Shown here: one piece after another, positions 1-12,600 of the stretch | Position numbering within the stretch: the stretch's first letter is position 1 | Layout: each line of letters begins with the position of its first letter | Origin: Octopus sinensis | Lineage: Eukaryota | DNA: 64,000 bases | Direction: 5' to 3' | Assembly (NCBI RefSeq): GCF_006345805.1 | Contig: NC_043008.1 | Location: 9,920,001-9,984,000, forward strand | The notes under the pieces: generated by a model | Told to the model about the DNA's origin: nothing | Databases searched by the model: none | Seen by the model: the letters and a program-made list of their open reading frames with translations, nothing else | Translations under genes and position numbers: made by a program

Positions 1-272
1 TCTTCCAAACATATTTCGGAAGTATAAAGATTCGAATAACACCTGCTGCGTTTAACTCCATTTATTTATCTATCTATGATATACAAAACCATTTCACTTA
101 ACCCTGGAATTTCTACCTTTATAAGTAGGCTGCTACATCATTGACACTTACGTGAAATTTTGCTACCCTGGTAACTATTCCATGTTATTTGTACACACTG
201 AAAAATATACATACATTTATATATATATATATATTATATATATATATATATATTATATATATATATATATAT

Positions 273-395
273 ATCACCGTGATCACCGTGACCGACCAGG
301 CTATCAGATGTTGCTACACATCGCTGGTCACAATGCACTTCACATTGTTTTAGCCTTCAAATGACGCCACCCCGCTGGCTAAGCGAGCAGGCCAA
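273..395 (-). mobile_element. Isolated 3' tail module of SINE family C
   Basis: Matches 35675-35795 (catcgctg.tcacaat.c.cttcacat.gttttagc.tt..aatga.gccac..gctggcta.gc.agcaggccaa), the tail of a minus-strand tRNA-headed SINE. Confidence 0.7.
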
Positions 396-415
396 TATAT
401 ATATATATATAATAT

Positions 416-446
<31 letters not shown>

Positions 447-470
447 TATAATAATAAGTCAGAGTACAGC

Positions 471-694
471 GTGTACCCCTTTGCTTGAAAAAGGAGTTAA
501 AACCCTCCAAACCTACGCATCTCTCACTACATATAAACACACACGGAGTATATAGCAAGTTTATTTCTCCGAAACAGTCCTCCTATTTGATTCAGAGAAA
601 CACATTTGCTCTATTCTCTGCTTATGTTTACAGTAATGTGAGAGATGCGCGATTGTGGAGGGTTTTAACTCCGCTTTCAAGCAAACACCTACAT
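471..694. repeat. Imperfect ~220 bp inverted repeat (foldback)
   Basis: ttgcttgaaaaaggagttaaaaccctcca at 481 pairs with tggagggttttaactccgctttcaagcaa ending 684. Weaker pairing continues toward the centre. Confidence 0.85.
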
Positions 695-814
695 ATTATA
701 CCCTGACTTGTTATTATATATTTTGCTTATTTGAATTATGTTTGCTGGCCACTTTATCATTATTTTTATAAATAATGATAACTTATTTCAATTTTAAATT
801 TATATATACATACT

Positions 815-992
815 GTTGTGTCTGGGTAGGGTCATTTTCTTTTTGTGCCTTATAATGTAACACACACACACCGATAAAATTTCAACTTTTTTTCTTATTT
901 TATTTTCCTAAAATTTTCGTTGCGTCTTGCAACCTTTTCAATAGTCTCAACTATTATAAGGCACAAAAAGAAAATGACTCTCCCCAGACAAC
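815..992. repeat. Inverted repeat with ~40 bp arms, part of a dispersed repeat
   Basis: gttgtgtctgggtagggtcattttctttttgtgccttataat (815-856) pairs with attataaggcacaaaaagaaaatgactctccccagacaac (953-992). The adjacent 990-1050 recurs inverted at about 29495-29560. Confidence 0.85.
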
Positions 993-1048
993 AAATATGC
1001 TTCAACACACGAACTCATATAAAGAATCTTGCAAACCAAATCCCAAAA

Positions 1049-1086
<38 letters not shown>

Positions 1087-1894
1087 TCAGCACTTACTTA
1101 GCGTTACGTAACACTCTTTGGGTCTTCTAGATATCAATATTTCTCATACCCTCGCTATATATATATATATATCATACACATATATACATATACAAAATAC
1201 ACTCACCCACATATGTGTTGCGTACGTGCGTATGTGTGTGTGTGCGTGCATGTGTGTGTATGCGTGTGTGTGCGCGCGCGCGTTACACACCCGCAATTCT
1301 TTATTCTAGCGTTTAATACCTTCGAGTTTAGTCAAAGCGAAACCATAATTATTATACTCTGAGTTTCCCATATTTCTTACTCAATAACCGTTGACACTGC
1401 GAAAATCCAGAGAATCACAGTCTTAACTGCCCTACTCGTCCCCAAAATGATAAAAGCCTCTTTCATAACCCGCAAAGTAGGTATGGGCAACCTTCCTCGA
1501 GAAACGGGCCGCGTGAAACATGACTCAGCATCAGATGGGCGACACTACTAGAATTTTCGTTAGGCCATTCAGAAAGTTCCGCGGGCCGCTGTTTGTCCAT
1601 GACTGTCGAAGAGCAAACAGTAAACATTCAGCCATTCGTGATTACGCGACAGGTCCAGTTCCCAGATTTAATTGACAAACAAAAGAATAACGCTAATAAC
1701 AAAACTCTACACCGCTTCATTATTTACTAGTCCAACATAGACGTGTATCTAGTTAATAATCCCATCAGCATCTCCATTCTAATGTTATATTGACTGATTT
1801 GCTGTTTATTTTCAGATGAGGTGAGACTTTCCATCTCAAACAACGTAAAAGTAAAAACAAAAAGTTGTTAGGTTTGCTGACGTCATTCGTGTTG

Positions 1895-2054
1895 TCAATG
1901 GTAGGGCGAGTGTGCTGGTTTTCGACGCATATCAACACGACTACGATGATCGGCAGTCGCTAATTCCATTGGGTCGCCATTATTTCCGGTTCGATCTGTG
2001 TATATACAAACATGCATCCAAATATATATGTAGTTCGTTGTGTGTGTGTATGTA

Positions 2055-2130
<76 letters not shown>

Positions 2131-2270
2131 ATGTGTATTGTATGTATTTGGTTATGTATGTGTATATATATATACATATGTATGTATGTATGTATTTGGG
2201 TGTGTGTATATATATGTATGTATTTGGTTGTGTGTGTATATATATACATATATGTGTATGTGTGTATGTA

Positions 2271-2311
<41 letters not shown>

Positions 2312-2412
2312 GGTTGTGTGTGTATATATATTCATATATGTGTATGTGTGTGTATGTATTTGGTTGTGTGTGTGTGTATGTATGTATATATATATATATG
2401 TATGTATTTGGT

Positions 2413-2481
<69 letters not shown>

Positions 2482-2486
2482 TTGGT

Positions 2487-2529
<43 letters not shown>

Positions 2530-3140
2530 CACCGAGATGTATGCATATATGTACGTTTGTGAGCATGTACACACTCGTGGGTGTATGTATGTAGGTATGT
2601 GTGTGTATATTAGTAATTGTGTTACAGTGTTGTTTGTTAAGTATTTATGTACTAATTTCATGTGTGTATGTGTGTGTTCGTGTTTGTGCATGTCAATATC
2701 TGTGTTTGTGTATGTGTATGCGTATGAATAACCATATATTTGTATATGCCATTAGATATATGCAGATGCGTGGGTATACCTATGTATGTGTGCTTGTTAT
2801 AAGTTGATGGTCTGATAGGTGGGTGTAAGTATATCCGGTTTTACGTGTGTCTGTGTGTCTATATATGAATATATATATATACATATATATACATATATAC
2901 ATATATACATACATACATACATATATACAAGCATGCATACAAGCATGCATACATACATACGTACATATATACAAGCATGCATACATACATGAGCGTATGG
3001 CGTATTTACGCAGATTATTTTTAGAATGTTTTTTTATGTCTGACTTTGTAAATATGTTTGCAGCTGTGATTATTATTTAGCCCCAGTTTGACTTGGTCAT
3101 AGAAACCGATGGTAACGGAAAACATGCCAAGACAACTTTT

Positions 3141-3186
<46 letters not shown>

Positions 3187-3431
3187 GCATACATATGTGT
3201 GTATGTATGTATACATATATATGTGTATATATATGGATATATATATATATATATATTTATGTGTATATATATATGGATATATAGTTATATATATATATAA
3301 ATTTATGTGTATATATATGGATATATAGTTATATATATATATAAATTTATGTATATATATATATATGTATATCTATATATATATATATATAATATATATA
3401 TATATATATACACACATATATATATATATAT

Positions 3432-3502
<71 letters not shown>

Positions 3503-3510
3503 TAGTAAGC
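1895..3510. repeat. Compound (TA)n/(TG)n/(TATG)n microsatellite field
   Basis: Directly visible. Source of the YI/VC/HT ORFs. Confidence 0.95.
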
Positions 3511-3617
3511 TAATGTTTGTTTTTATGTTCATTTATTATCTTTGCATTAATCTGATAGGTCACTTTATATTTTTGAAGAGTACAAATTTATTATCCTTAA
3601 ACAAGAATATTATACAG

Positions 3618-3694
3618 ACAGTGACTTCGAATTTTCGACCAGTTAAACCATCGTACGACTACGGTGTGGCTGGCCGAAACTTCGAAATCACTGT
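3618..3694. repeat. Short imperfect hairpin
   Basis: acagtgacttcgaattttcgaccagt pairs with gctggccgaaacttcgaaatcactgt. Confidence 0.75.
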
Positions 3695-3955
3695 AAATAA
3701 TATTTGTGATTTTGAATTATTTATATATATATACAGGGTTGGCCACCAGAAGTCACCAGATAGTAAATCAAAATTCCATAAATACTCTCTGTAATTCTGT
3801 ATTGACTCGAATGGAAAGATGTGTCGCTCAAGGACTTCAGTTTGAACAATTTTCATGGTGTTGCATATTTAGATGCTTTTATTAAATTCATTCAGTTGTT
3901 AAGCATAAATAAATCTTGGAATTAAATGGTTTTGGCTAACCCTGCATTTATGTGT

Positions 3956-3992
<37 letters not shown>

Positions 3993-4216
3993 CTATATAT
4001 AACACGACAAGAGACGGAAGAGAGGGAAGTAGTGTCGAACTCCCTCCTTCACCAAAGGCCAATCACATAAGACTAACCATTAAAAGAGCGATTACCCTGG
4101 CGGTGGTCCAGCTTGGCCACAACCTTTGAGCTGAAACGTATAAAAGAATAAAAGAATATACATACGTATGAGTGTCTATGTATGTATATACGTGTATATA
4201 TATATATATATATATA

Positions 4217-4597
4217 CTAGCAGTATCACCCGGCGTTGCTCGGGTTTGTAAGGGAAATAACTATAAAGCATTTTTAGAGAGTTATAGCCAAAAAAATAGC
4301 AAAAAAATGGAAAAAATATGATGGTAAATTTTTTTTGAGAGTTAAAAAGGTCGAGTTGCGTCCCCATGACAGTCTGTGGTTTGTGTTTCTGATTCTCGAC
4401 CCCATGTCGAATTTATCGATTTTTTTCAGAACTGGGGGAACTTTTCAAAATTTTCGCTGCGTTAGTTTTGAATTATGACATTGGGCTATGTGTGTATCAA
4501 GTTTCATCAGAATCGGTTGAAAGCCGTGGTCAGGGTGAGGGTACAACCTAACAGACACACAGAAACACACACAGACAAACTGCCGTTTATATATAGA
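4217..4597 (-). mobile_element. Complete non-autonomous Helitron (381 bp)
   Basis: On the minus strand it starts A|TCTATATATAAAC, has subterminal hairpin CCCGAGCAACGCCGGG and ends CTAG|T. These are the canonical Helitron termini and A/T target. Confidence 0.85.
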
Positions 4598-4627
4598 TAT
4601 ATATATATATATACATATATATATATG

Positions 4628-4673
<46 letters not shown>

Positions 4674-4690
4674 ATATATACATATATATA

Positions 4691-4733
<43 letters not shown>

Positions 4734-4738
<5 letters not shown>

Positions 4739-5385
4739 GGGCGCGTGGCTTAGTGGTTAGGGCATTCGGCTCATGATCGTAAGGTTGTGAGTTCGATTCC
4801 CGGCGACGCGTTGTGTCCTTGAGCAAGACACTTTATTTCACGTTGCTCCAGTCCATTCAGCTGGCAAAAATGAGTTGTACTTGTATTTCAAAGGGTCAGC
4901 CTTGTCACTCTCTGTCTCACGCTGATTATCCCCGAGAACTACGTTAAGGGTACACGTGTCTGTGGAATGCTCAGCCATTTGCACGTTAATTTCACGAGCA
5001 AGCTGTTCCGTTGATCGTATCAGCTGGGACCCTCGTCGTCGTAACCGGCGGAGTCTTTTTTGAAGTGAGGGCGCGTGGCTTAGTGGTTAGGGCATTCGGC
5101 TCATGATCGTAAGGTTGTGAGTTCGATTCCCGGCGACGCGTTGTGTCCTTGAGCAAGACACTTTATTTCACGTTGCTCCAGTCCACTCAGCTGGCAAAAA
5201 TGAGTTGTACTTGTATTTCAAAGGGTCAGCCTTGTCACTCTCTGTGTCACGCTGATTATCCCCGAGAACTACGTTAAGGGTACACGTGTCTGTGGAATGC
5301 TCAGCCATTTGCACGTTAATTTCACGAGCAAGCTGTTCCGCTGATCTTATCAGCTGGGACCCTCGTCGTCGTAACCGGCGGAGTC

Positions 5386-5387
<2 letters not shown>
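4734..5387 (+). mobile_element. Head-to-tail dimer of tRNA-derived SINE family C (330 bp period)
   Basis: Two near-identical units at 4734 and 5064 with A-box-like TGGCTTAGTGG, B-box-like GTTCGATTC and conserved box gttgtgtccttgagcaagacact (recalled as Meta-domain-like). Confidence 0.9.
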
Positions 5388-5419
<32 letters not shown>

Positions 5420-5759
5420 TACACACACACACGTAATCTTTTACTGTTTCAGGCATTGTAGTACGACCATGTTGAGACACTATTTTGAAGAGTTCAAGTC
5501 GAACTAATCGACACCACTACGTATTTATTTCTTTAAACCTGGTACTTATTCTGTCGGATACATTTGCCGAACTGTTAAGTTACGAGGACGTAAACAAACC
5601 AACGTACACAAGCTCACAAATACAAGCACAGACACACATATACACCCATACAATAAAACTATACAAAGCACGCGTCAAGCTACATATGTATCATATATTA
5701 GTTACGTGAATGATATTTATAAAATGCTTGTACTAATGAAAACGTATACGGTTGGCTGT

Positions 5760-6200
5760 TCTGTTATTACATTGAATGGATCAATGCTGTTGATGTGTGT
5801 ATAATCTGTGGCGTGGTTGTGGAAGGTGAGTGTGAGGATTTTCTTTGTAAACCGATTTTCTATTTAGTTAATAGATAGACCAGAGTGTTAGTCGTGTTGA
5901 TGGACATTTGTATGTCTAACTGTTGAGTGATTTTGTCAGCCGACAACCGGGTTAATGGGTTATTAGTTTCGTTGGCTAAAAACAAAGTGAGGGGATTGCT
6001 CCAATGGGGGGATTAATGGTTCACTGGTGGTTACATGAGTTAAGATTCATCAATCAGATTTCTGACTATTGTTCTGAATGGTTAGTGGCTGATTAATTTT
6101 TTGGTGGATATTTTCTATCATATTTGTCTATTTGTAAATACCATAAAAGGTTCTGCCCTTTGGTGAGCTCTCTATTGACCATTGTGACAGAAGGACACCA
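5760..6200 (-). mobile_element. Possible very decayed Penelope-like remnant
   Basis: Unique, stop-riddled sequence with fragments such as VNRELTKG and INTTNTLVYLLT loosely resembling the PLE RT-endonuclease region. Weak. Confidence 0.2.
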
Positions 6201-6391
6201 AAAATAGGTTCAAGAAGACTCTGAAGAAATATCCTGTTGCTTGTCACACTGGCTGCCACCAATCATCTAATACAGAGGTTCTCAAACTTTTGGGGCCACC
6301 GCCCCTCTCATGGCCACATAATACCCTCAGTGCCCCCACCCCAATTTTTATGTATAAACAAATATTTTACATTTTACTAATTTATATATAA

Positions 6392-6655
6392 GTAGCGGTA
6401 TCGCCCGGCGTTGCTCGGGTTTGTTTCGACCCTTTAGAATTGGAATTTTTGAAAAGTAAAAATTTTGCATTATGTAGCTTGTTATTCTCTTTAAGGGAAC
6501 ATTTTTCTGGATGAAATATGTCGAAAAATGTTGACACAGCAGTCATAAAATCGTGAAAAATAAGGATTTTCATAGAAAATAGCACCTCTTTGATGTAAAT
6601 AATTTTTGGTGTTAACATGGTCCAATTTGAATATTTTCTTCTACTGAAGGAAGAG
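6392..6655 (-). mobile_element. Helitron 3' fragment
   Basis: Shares tc(a/g)cccggcgttgctcgggtttgt with 4217-4597. Terminal CTAG reads CTAC. Confidence 0.65.
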
Positions 6656-6721
6656 CAATACATACATGCATACATACATACATACATACATACATACATA
6701 CATACATACATACATACATAC

Positions 6722-7400
6722 ATGACAAGGCAACCATGAATGATTGCAAAAGACGGCAAAAGAATCTCTGCATGGTTTGGATAGACTTTAAGAAAGCCCT
6801 TGAAACGGTTTCACACACGTGGGTACAGAAATGTTTGAGAATTGTGGAGTAGCAGATTGTATAATTAAAGAAATCGAGTCTAGCATGCTTCTGTGGAAGA
6901 CAAACTTGTGTGCAAGAAACAAACATCTAGGAATGGTCAACATGAGAAGAAAAATATTCGGAGATTCTCACCATTGCTGTTTGTGATCACCATGTTTCTA
7001 TTATCGATGATTCTACGGTAGACAGTTATTGGCTATCAAATTGAAAACAGATCGATCATCCTAAGATCAATCATCTACTTTCTATGGATGATTTGGCAAG
7101 AATGCATCACAGTTTGGTTCACTGGTCAGAACTGTTCATTAGTGCCGTAATGACATTGGGACGGAGTTTGGTACCGCAAAGTGTGTCACGCTGACCACGA
7201 AGAGAGGTAGGCGTGTATATAATAGAGGATTTGAATTTCCCGTTGGAGAGTCAGTTGAACTCCGAGGGTTGTAGGTATAAATATCTGGGCATTTTGGAAA
7301 TGGAAAAAGTTCTAAAGAAGAAAGGAAATGTGAAGGAAACCTATGTAAATAGGTTTGGACAATGAGGATGTTTATAGACACATTTTTCACGGAGTACCGT
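6722..7400 (+). pseudogene. Decayed non-LTR retrotransposon reverse transcriptase (R4/Dong-like)
   Basis: Frameshifted motifs KNLCMVWIDFKKALETVSHTW, SPLLFV, INHLLSMDDL, DIGTEFGTAKC, YKYLGILE. Confidence 0.85.
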
Positions 7401-8156
7401 ATATCTAAGTAGCAATTCTCTCGTCACTACAACAGTATGTACCTCGAAGCCAATGTCTCAATAATGAAGAGATCTAATAACAGAGAAACATCTTCAGATT
7501 TCTCTACCCTACGAGTAGAAAACGGTTAAAATAATTTTAGTCATTTAAGAAATGTCTTTACTTCACTAAATTAATATTTCTAATTAAATTTCTGATGTTT
7601 ATCATATTAAATATGTTAACACTGATCCAACTATTAATAAAATCAATGTAAGCTCTCCATTTCACCCGTCCAACTGATAAGGTGGATAAGAATTTAGTTT
7701 ATGTGTTTTGATGAAATATTTAATTTAGATTTATATGTGCCAAGTTGTTTTAAAGGTAGTTACTGATATTTTATATAAACAAACTTACGGAACTGACGCA
7801 GACGTACACATATAAGTGTACGGATACATGACTTGCAAACGCAACTATATAACGAGTTTAGCAATGTTTCGTCAAGTTTCTCTAGTTTACAGATATCTTA
7901 ATTCCTTCGTGTTATTCTATATATACATACGTACACACACACACACAAATAGGCACGCGCACACAAACACACATACGCACATACATACGCACATACATAC
8001 ATACATACATACATACATACATACATACATACATACATACATACATACTACATACATACATACGTAGACTGACATATAATTTTTGAACGTGTGGAAGGCT
8101 CGCCAGATGCCGAAATATCGTTCAACCAATTTCACATGATAACTATGGCACTCCTC

Positions 8157-8157
<1 letters not shown>

Positions 8158-8206
<49 letters not shown>

Positions 8207-8625
8207 TATTATTATCATCATCATTATTATTATTATTACTATTATTATTACTATTATTATTATTATTATTATTATTATTATCATTATTATTGTTATTGTT
8301 ATTATTATTATTATTATTGTTATTATTATTATTATTATTATTATTGAGTGAGAGAGCAGTGCATGCCATCAAAGTGACACTGGGGTAAGATATACGAAAC
8401 CCAGTATACCCATCATGACTACCCGTCTGATAAAGGTACACCAGGCACATGCATCACAACCATATGTGCACAACATGGTGATCTCATATCAAGATAAACA
8501 GCACATGACCTTGCAGGTGGGGCCCAGTTAGAATTTTCTTCTGGTCGAGTAACCCATCCCACTCAAAAGGTCCCCGAATAAGGGTTGTTTAAGGATGTTG
8601 AACGAAACACCCATTATTATTATTA

Positions 8626-8674
<49 letters not shown>

Positions 8675-8713
8675 CATTATTATTATTATTATTATCATTA
8701 TTATTATTATTAA

Positions 8714-8767
<54 letters not shown>

Positions 8768-8864
8768 TTGTAGAGTCTTAAATGTTTTTGTGGCTCTTGT
8801 GGCCAATAAAGAATGTATTCTTGTTATAATCATCATTACCATCGTCATTGCCATTATCATCATC

Positions 8865-8896
<32 letters not shown>

Positions 8897-8900
8897 CATC
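8158..8900. repeat. (ATT)n/(ATC)n arrays flanking a 265 bp dispersed retroposon tail (8347-8612)
   Basis: Trinucleotide arrays are visible. The retroposon-tail call for the central segment is from recall only. Confidence 0.6.
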
Positions 8901-9184
8901 GTTGTTATTGTTTTCTACTCATGTAGTTATCACAATAACCGCTAGCTGAAGTGGAACCCTATCTACAGCGTTTCGAGATCACAAAACAAACTTATAAGAA
9001 TCTACAATATTTCTCTGACGTTAAATTAACTTACACAAAACTTACTTTGGGCAATTGTTTCGATCTGATGTTTTTCCTCGCAAACACCTCTAAAAAATGC
9101 TCATTTCCATTGCGTGTGCATATATATTTACATACATACACGCATCGATGTAGATAAGTACGTATGGACAATATTCTTGTATGT

Positions 9185-9280
<96 letters not shown>

Positions 9281-9286
9281 TCTTTT

Positions 9287-9379
9287 TATTTCATTCTACA
9301 CGTGTTTCGAAAGGCACAAATTACCAAAATCCGATTGAATAATGGGACCATATTGTGTCTTCTCTTCAGGAAGAAAATA
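9287..9379 (-). ncRNA. Type I hammerhead ribozyme (mirror copy)
   Basis: Reverse complement of the 9510-9603 motif with a 1 nt deletion in stem II. Confidence 0.75.
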
Positions 9380-9509
9380 GGAAATCCGTTGGAAAAACAA
9401 AAACAGAACAGAGGCGGAGCAAAAGCAAATCGAACTGGGCTCTTAGGAGCATAGTTCGATTTGTTTTTGCTCCGCCTCTGTTCTGTTTTTGTTTTTCCAA
9501 CGGATTTCC

Positions 9510-9603
9510 TATTTTCTTCCTGAAGAGAAAGACACAATATGGTCCCATTATTCAATCGGATTTTGGTAATTTGTGCCTTTCGAAACACGTGTAGAATGAA
9601 ATA
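9510..9603 (+). ncRNA. Type I hammerhead ribozyme
   Basis: Stem I tattttcttc/gaatgaaata; core CTGAAGA at 9520; stem II GAAAGACACAA/TTGTGCCTTTC (10 of 11 pairs); GAAAC; palindromic stem III ACACGTGT; GUA triplet, predicted cut after 9593. Confidence 0.85.
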
Positions 9604-10225
9604 AAACGATTTCTGTTCAATCTGCGTTCAGCTCTATTTCTTCAATTCACCAATAATGTTTTAATTTCAATTATCCGCACCAACGCACGGTTGCAACACC
9701 ATATGGTTGTACCTCCAACCGTGCTGTTTACTGCTGTGATTTTTGCTACTAAGGTATCGGTTAAACTTTTGATTAATCTACTACAAGATTATTCATCTTT
9801 CTATTTCACATAGATATACATATATATATATATACAAACATACACAGATATGTAGAAGGAAAAATATGTATGCCTGTATATGCATACATGTATGTGTTTT
9901 GTGTGTGTATATACATATATACATACATATATATATATGTGTGTGTGTATATATATATATATGTATATATATATGCATATATACACACATATATATATGT
10001 ATATGTGTGTATATGTGTGTGTATATATAAATATATAGACATACATTCATACATACATACATATATACATATATATATGGAGAGAGAGATAGACTAATAG
10101 AAAAACGGAAGGTAGAAAAGGTAAAAGAAAAAGAGGGGAAGAAGAAATGAAAAACAAATCCCCATTCCACCTGCTATTTCATGAAGACAATGACAGAAAG
10201 ATACTTCATGAAGACAAGAAATAAG

Positions 10226-11410
10226 TAGAGGTGTGTGTACCAGAAGTAATGCAAAAGTGGATATAACTCATTGTTTTAAGTGGTGTGAGTCGTACAAATT
10301 GCCCAGAGTCGTAGAGTAATTATTCGTCGACAGAAACTCTTCTCCATGTTCTTCGTTGTATGAAAATAATGGGTTCCAAACTGAAGTATTTTTCTGTCAT
10401 CGAATTTGTGACAAAGAAAGTGTGCGGATTATCTGACACCCACAGAAGGCTACAGGTTGTTTACAGAAATGAAACCACTTACACTTGCATTGAACAGAGG
10501 TGCATCAAGTTGTTTAAAAAAGAGAAGACCGGAATAGAAGACAAACGATGCGATTGGAGAGCATCAACTGCGACCATTGACACGAAATGCCAGAGAATGG
10601 ACTATTTGATTTATACGAACAGACGAGTCATATTTAAGTCTGTGAGCTTTGTGCACAATTGGACTGTGTTCACAATGCTTTACAGAAGATGATGGAAGGT
10701 TTGGGGTATTGAAAAGAGTGGAAGTGTGTGCAGAGTGGGTACCTCGCTAGTTGACACCAAACTTGAAAGAGAACAGGCTGGAAGTTCGTTCTGATCTGCT
10801 GGAAGCGTTCGAAATTAAGGAAGTCACGTTTTCTTTTATATATTGAGAGCGGATGAAACATGATCGTATCTTCATGATCTGAAAATGAAGATCCAGTGAT
10901 GGAATGGCATCATATGTATGGTATTATTATTTTCAAATCTAAGAAGGGTCAGCATTTGCCACAACATTCTGTAAAGAAAATCAAGGTTTATTGTAACGCT
11001 ATAATTTCGCTTGACCTTCTGGAATGAGGCAGTACTGTGAACATCTCGTGGTACACTGAGACGCTGATCAAGTTTCTGAAGACCAGACGGAGGAAGAAAC
11101 GAGTCAAAAGTCTGAAAATGATCTACATTCACCGTTAGGATGCATCACCAACACATCTTTGACAACAAATCTGACAATTGGAAAAGGGGTCCCCATCCAA
11201 AATTTGGCTCCTCCCATCCACTGTACAGCCCAGATCTGGAAGGACAATTGGGTGGACAATGGTTTTATAACAGAGACGAGGTACTAGTGGCTCTGAAAGG
11301 GTAGCTAAAACCATTCACGGCTGAATATTTTCTAAACGATTCGAGAGTTAGTTTGGACAATAGCGAAAATGCATCGCTTGCGATGGAGACAATGCTGAGT
11401 ACCAACTTGT
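10226..11410 (+). pseudogene. Decayed mariner transposon / transposase
   Basis: N-terminal ORF 10360-10692 (VIEFV...HRRLQVVY...FKKEKTGIED), then KVCAEWVPR*LT, ADET, HPLYSPDL and C-terminal KCIACDGDNAE across frameshifts. Confidence 0.88.
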
Positions 11411-11548
11411 TACCAGCTGGAGTATGCTTGATATATACTCGAACCCATAAGAAAGCCATTCTCTGTATTTTGTCAGGGGAGACAACTTCTCGCTATAGGC
11501 AAATGGGTGCAGATACACTGAGTCAGCTCACAGCCTCGCCTACCCAGA

Positions 11549-11596
11549 CTGTGAGACGCGTGCATTTCGGAACAGTTATCTTCTCTTCAGCCTCAG
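11549..11596 (-). ncRNA. Degenerate hammerhead-like motif
   Basis: Minus: ctgagg CTGAAGA GAAgataactgTTCC GAAAT gcacgc GTC tcacag. Stems are imperfect. Confidence 0.4.
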
Positions 11597-12600
11597 ATAC
11601 CGGAGAGAAAAATGCTGCGAATTAACGCGAGAGATTAGTAAGTAGTCTCTCGATACAAAGAAAAAGCTACTCCACCATGTAAGTTTAACGACCTGGGTTA
11701 CTTAAGCAGAAGAGCTGTGCTCACTTTTACATTACTTTCAACATTAGCCACGTCTATTGATTTTATATAACAGCTTTATAAGAAAACTATTGTTCTTTCC
11801 ATCGAATTACTTGTTCGTATTTGAAAAGATTCAAGATGAAATTAGGGATAATTTCTCATTTTGTCTCTTATATAATTCTTCCATTTTCTGTATTCTCGGA
11901 AATTTTATAACATAATAAGATCTTTCTGTTCTATTTTATCATCATTTGTCTCAGTTAGCTGCAGTTACAAGATGCTACTTATTGTTTCTGTAAGACGCCA
12001 TTTTGATTGTCAAGTTCATAAATGTAGCCGAAATTTGTCACATTTATTTTGGAAAAGTGAACTAATAATATATCATAGTTAAATAATGATCGAAGTTGGC
12101 AAGACGCGGGAAACCATACCTGACTGTGAAGAATTCACACCTTAATTGGATAGATATCATTACGGCATTATGAATACACACATGGTAGTATATCCAAGCC
12201 TACACACATACACACACACAGAAACACACACTTGTATAATGTTATTTGCTTAGTCAGTGGGAGGATAAGCAGCATTCATATCACTTTTCAGATCTTCCGA
12301 GGCTGGTGGAAAGGACGGTCGGGATATCCACGAACTGGACTTCTTGTTCGAATGCTTGCATGAGTGGTAACCACAAATGAAGCTTTCACGGTTTCCGCCA
12401 ATAAAATTCCTTTCGCAAGTCCTCGGTCGAACCAATGCTTACGTTAGAAGATATTTTCTTTGGTGAGATCACACATCGAACTCGAAACCACGTAATTGCA
12501 AACGAGCTTCTTAACCTCAAATTCCTGTGCGCACGTACGTACATACATACATACATACATACATACATACATACATACATACATACATACATACATACAT

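Larger units (their letters stand above)
9284..9606. repeat. Near-perfect 323 bp palindrome carrying two hammerhead ribozymes
   Basis: 9284-9442 pairs with 9447-9606 around loop TTAG, with only a few mismatches. Confidence 0.95.

Noticed and set aside
4734-4805. SINE heads as tRNA genes
   Set aside because: A/B-box-like motifs are present, but there is no acceptor stem closure and each continues into a SINE body.
3733-6340. Solo TIR-like ends (CAGGGTTGGCC at 3733, CAGAGGTTCTCAAAC at 6273)
   Set aside because: No partner TIR or TSD found, so element boundaries cannot be supported.
9286-9594. Mirror ORFs on both strands
   Set aside because: They follow trivially from the palindrome.
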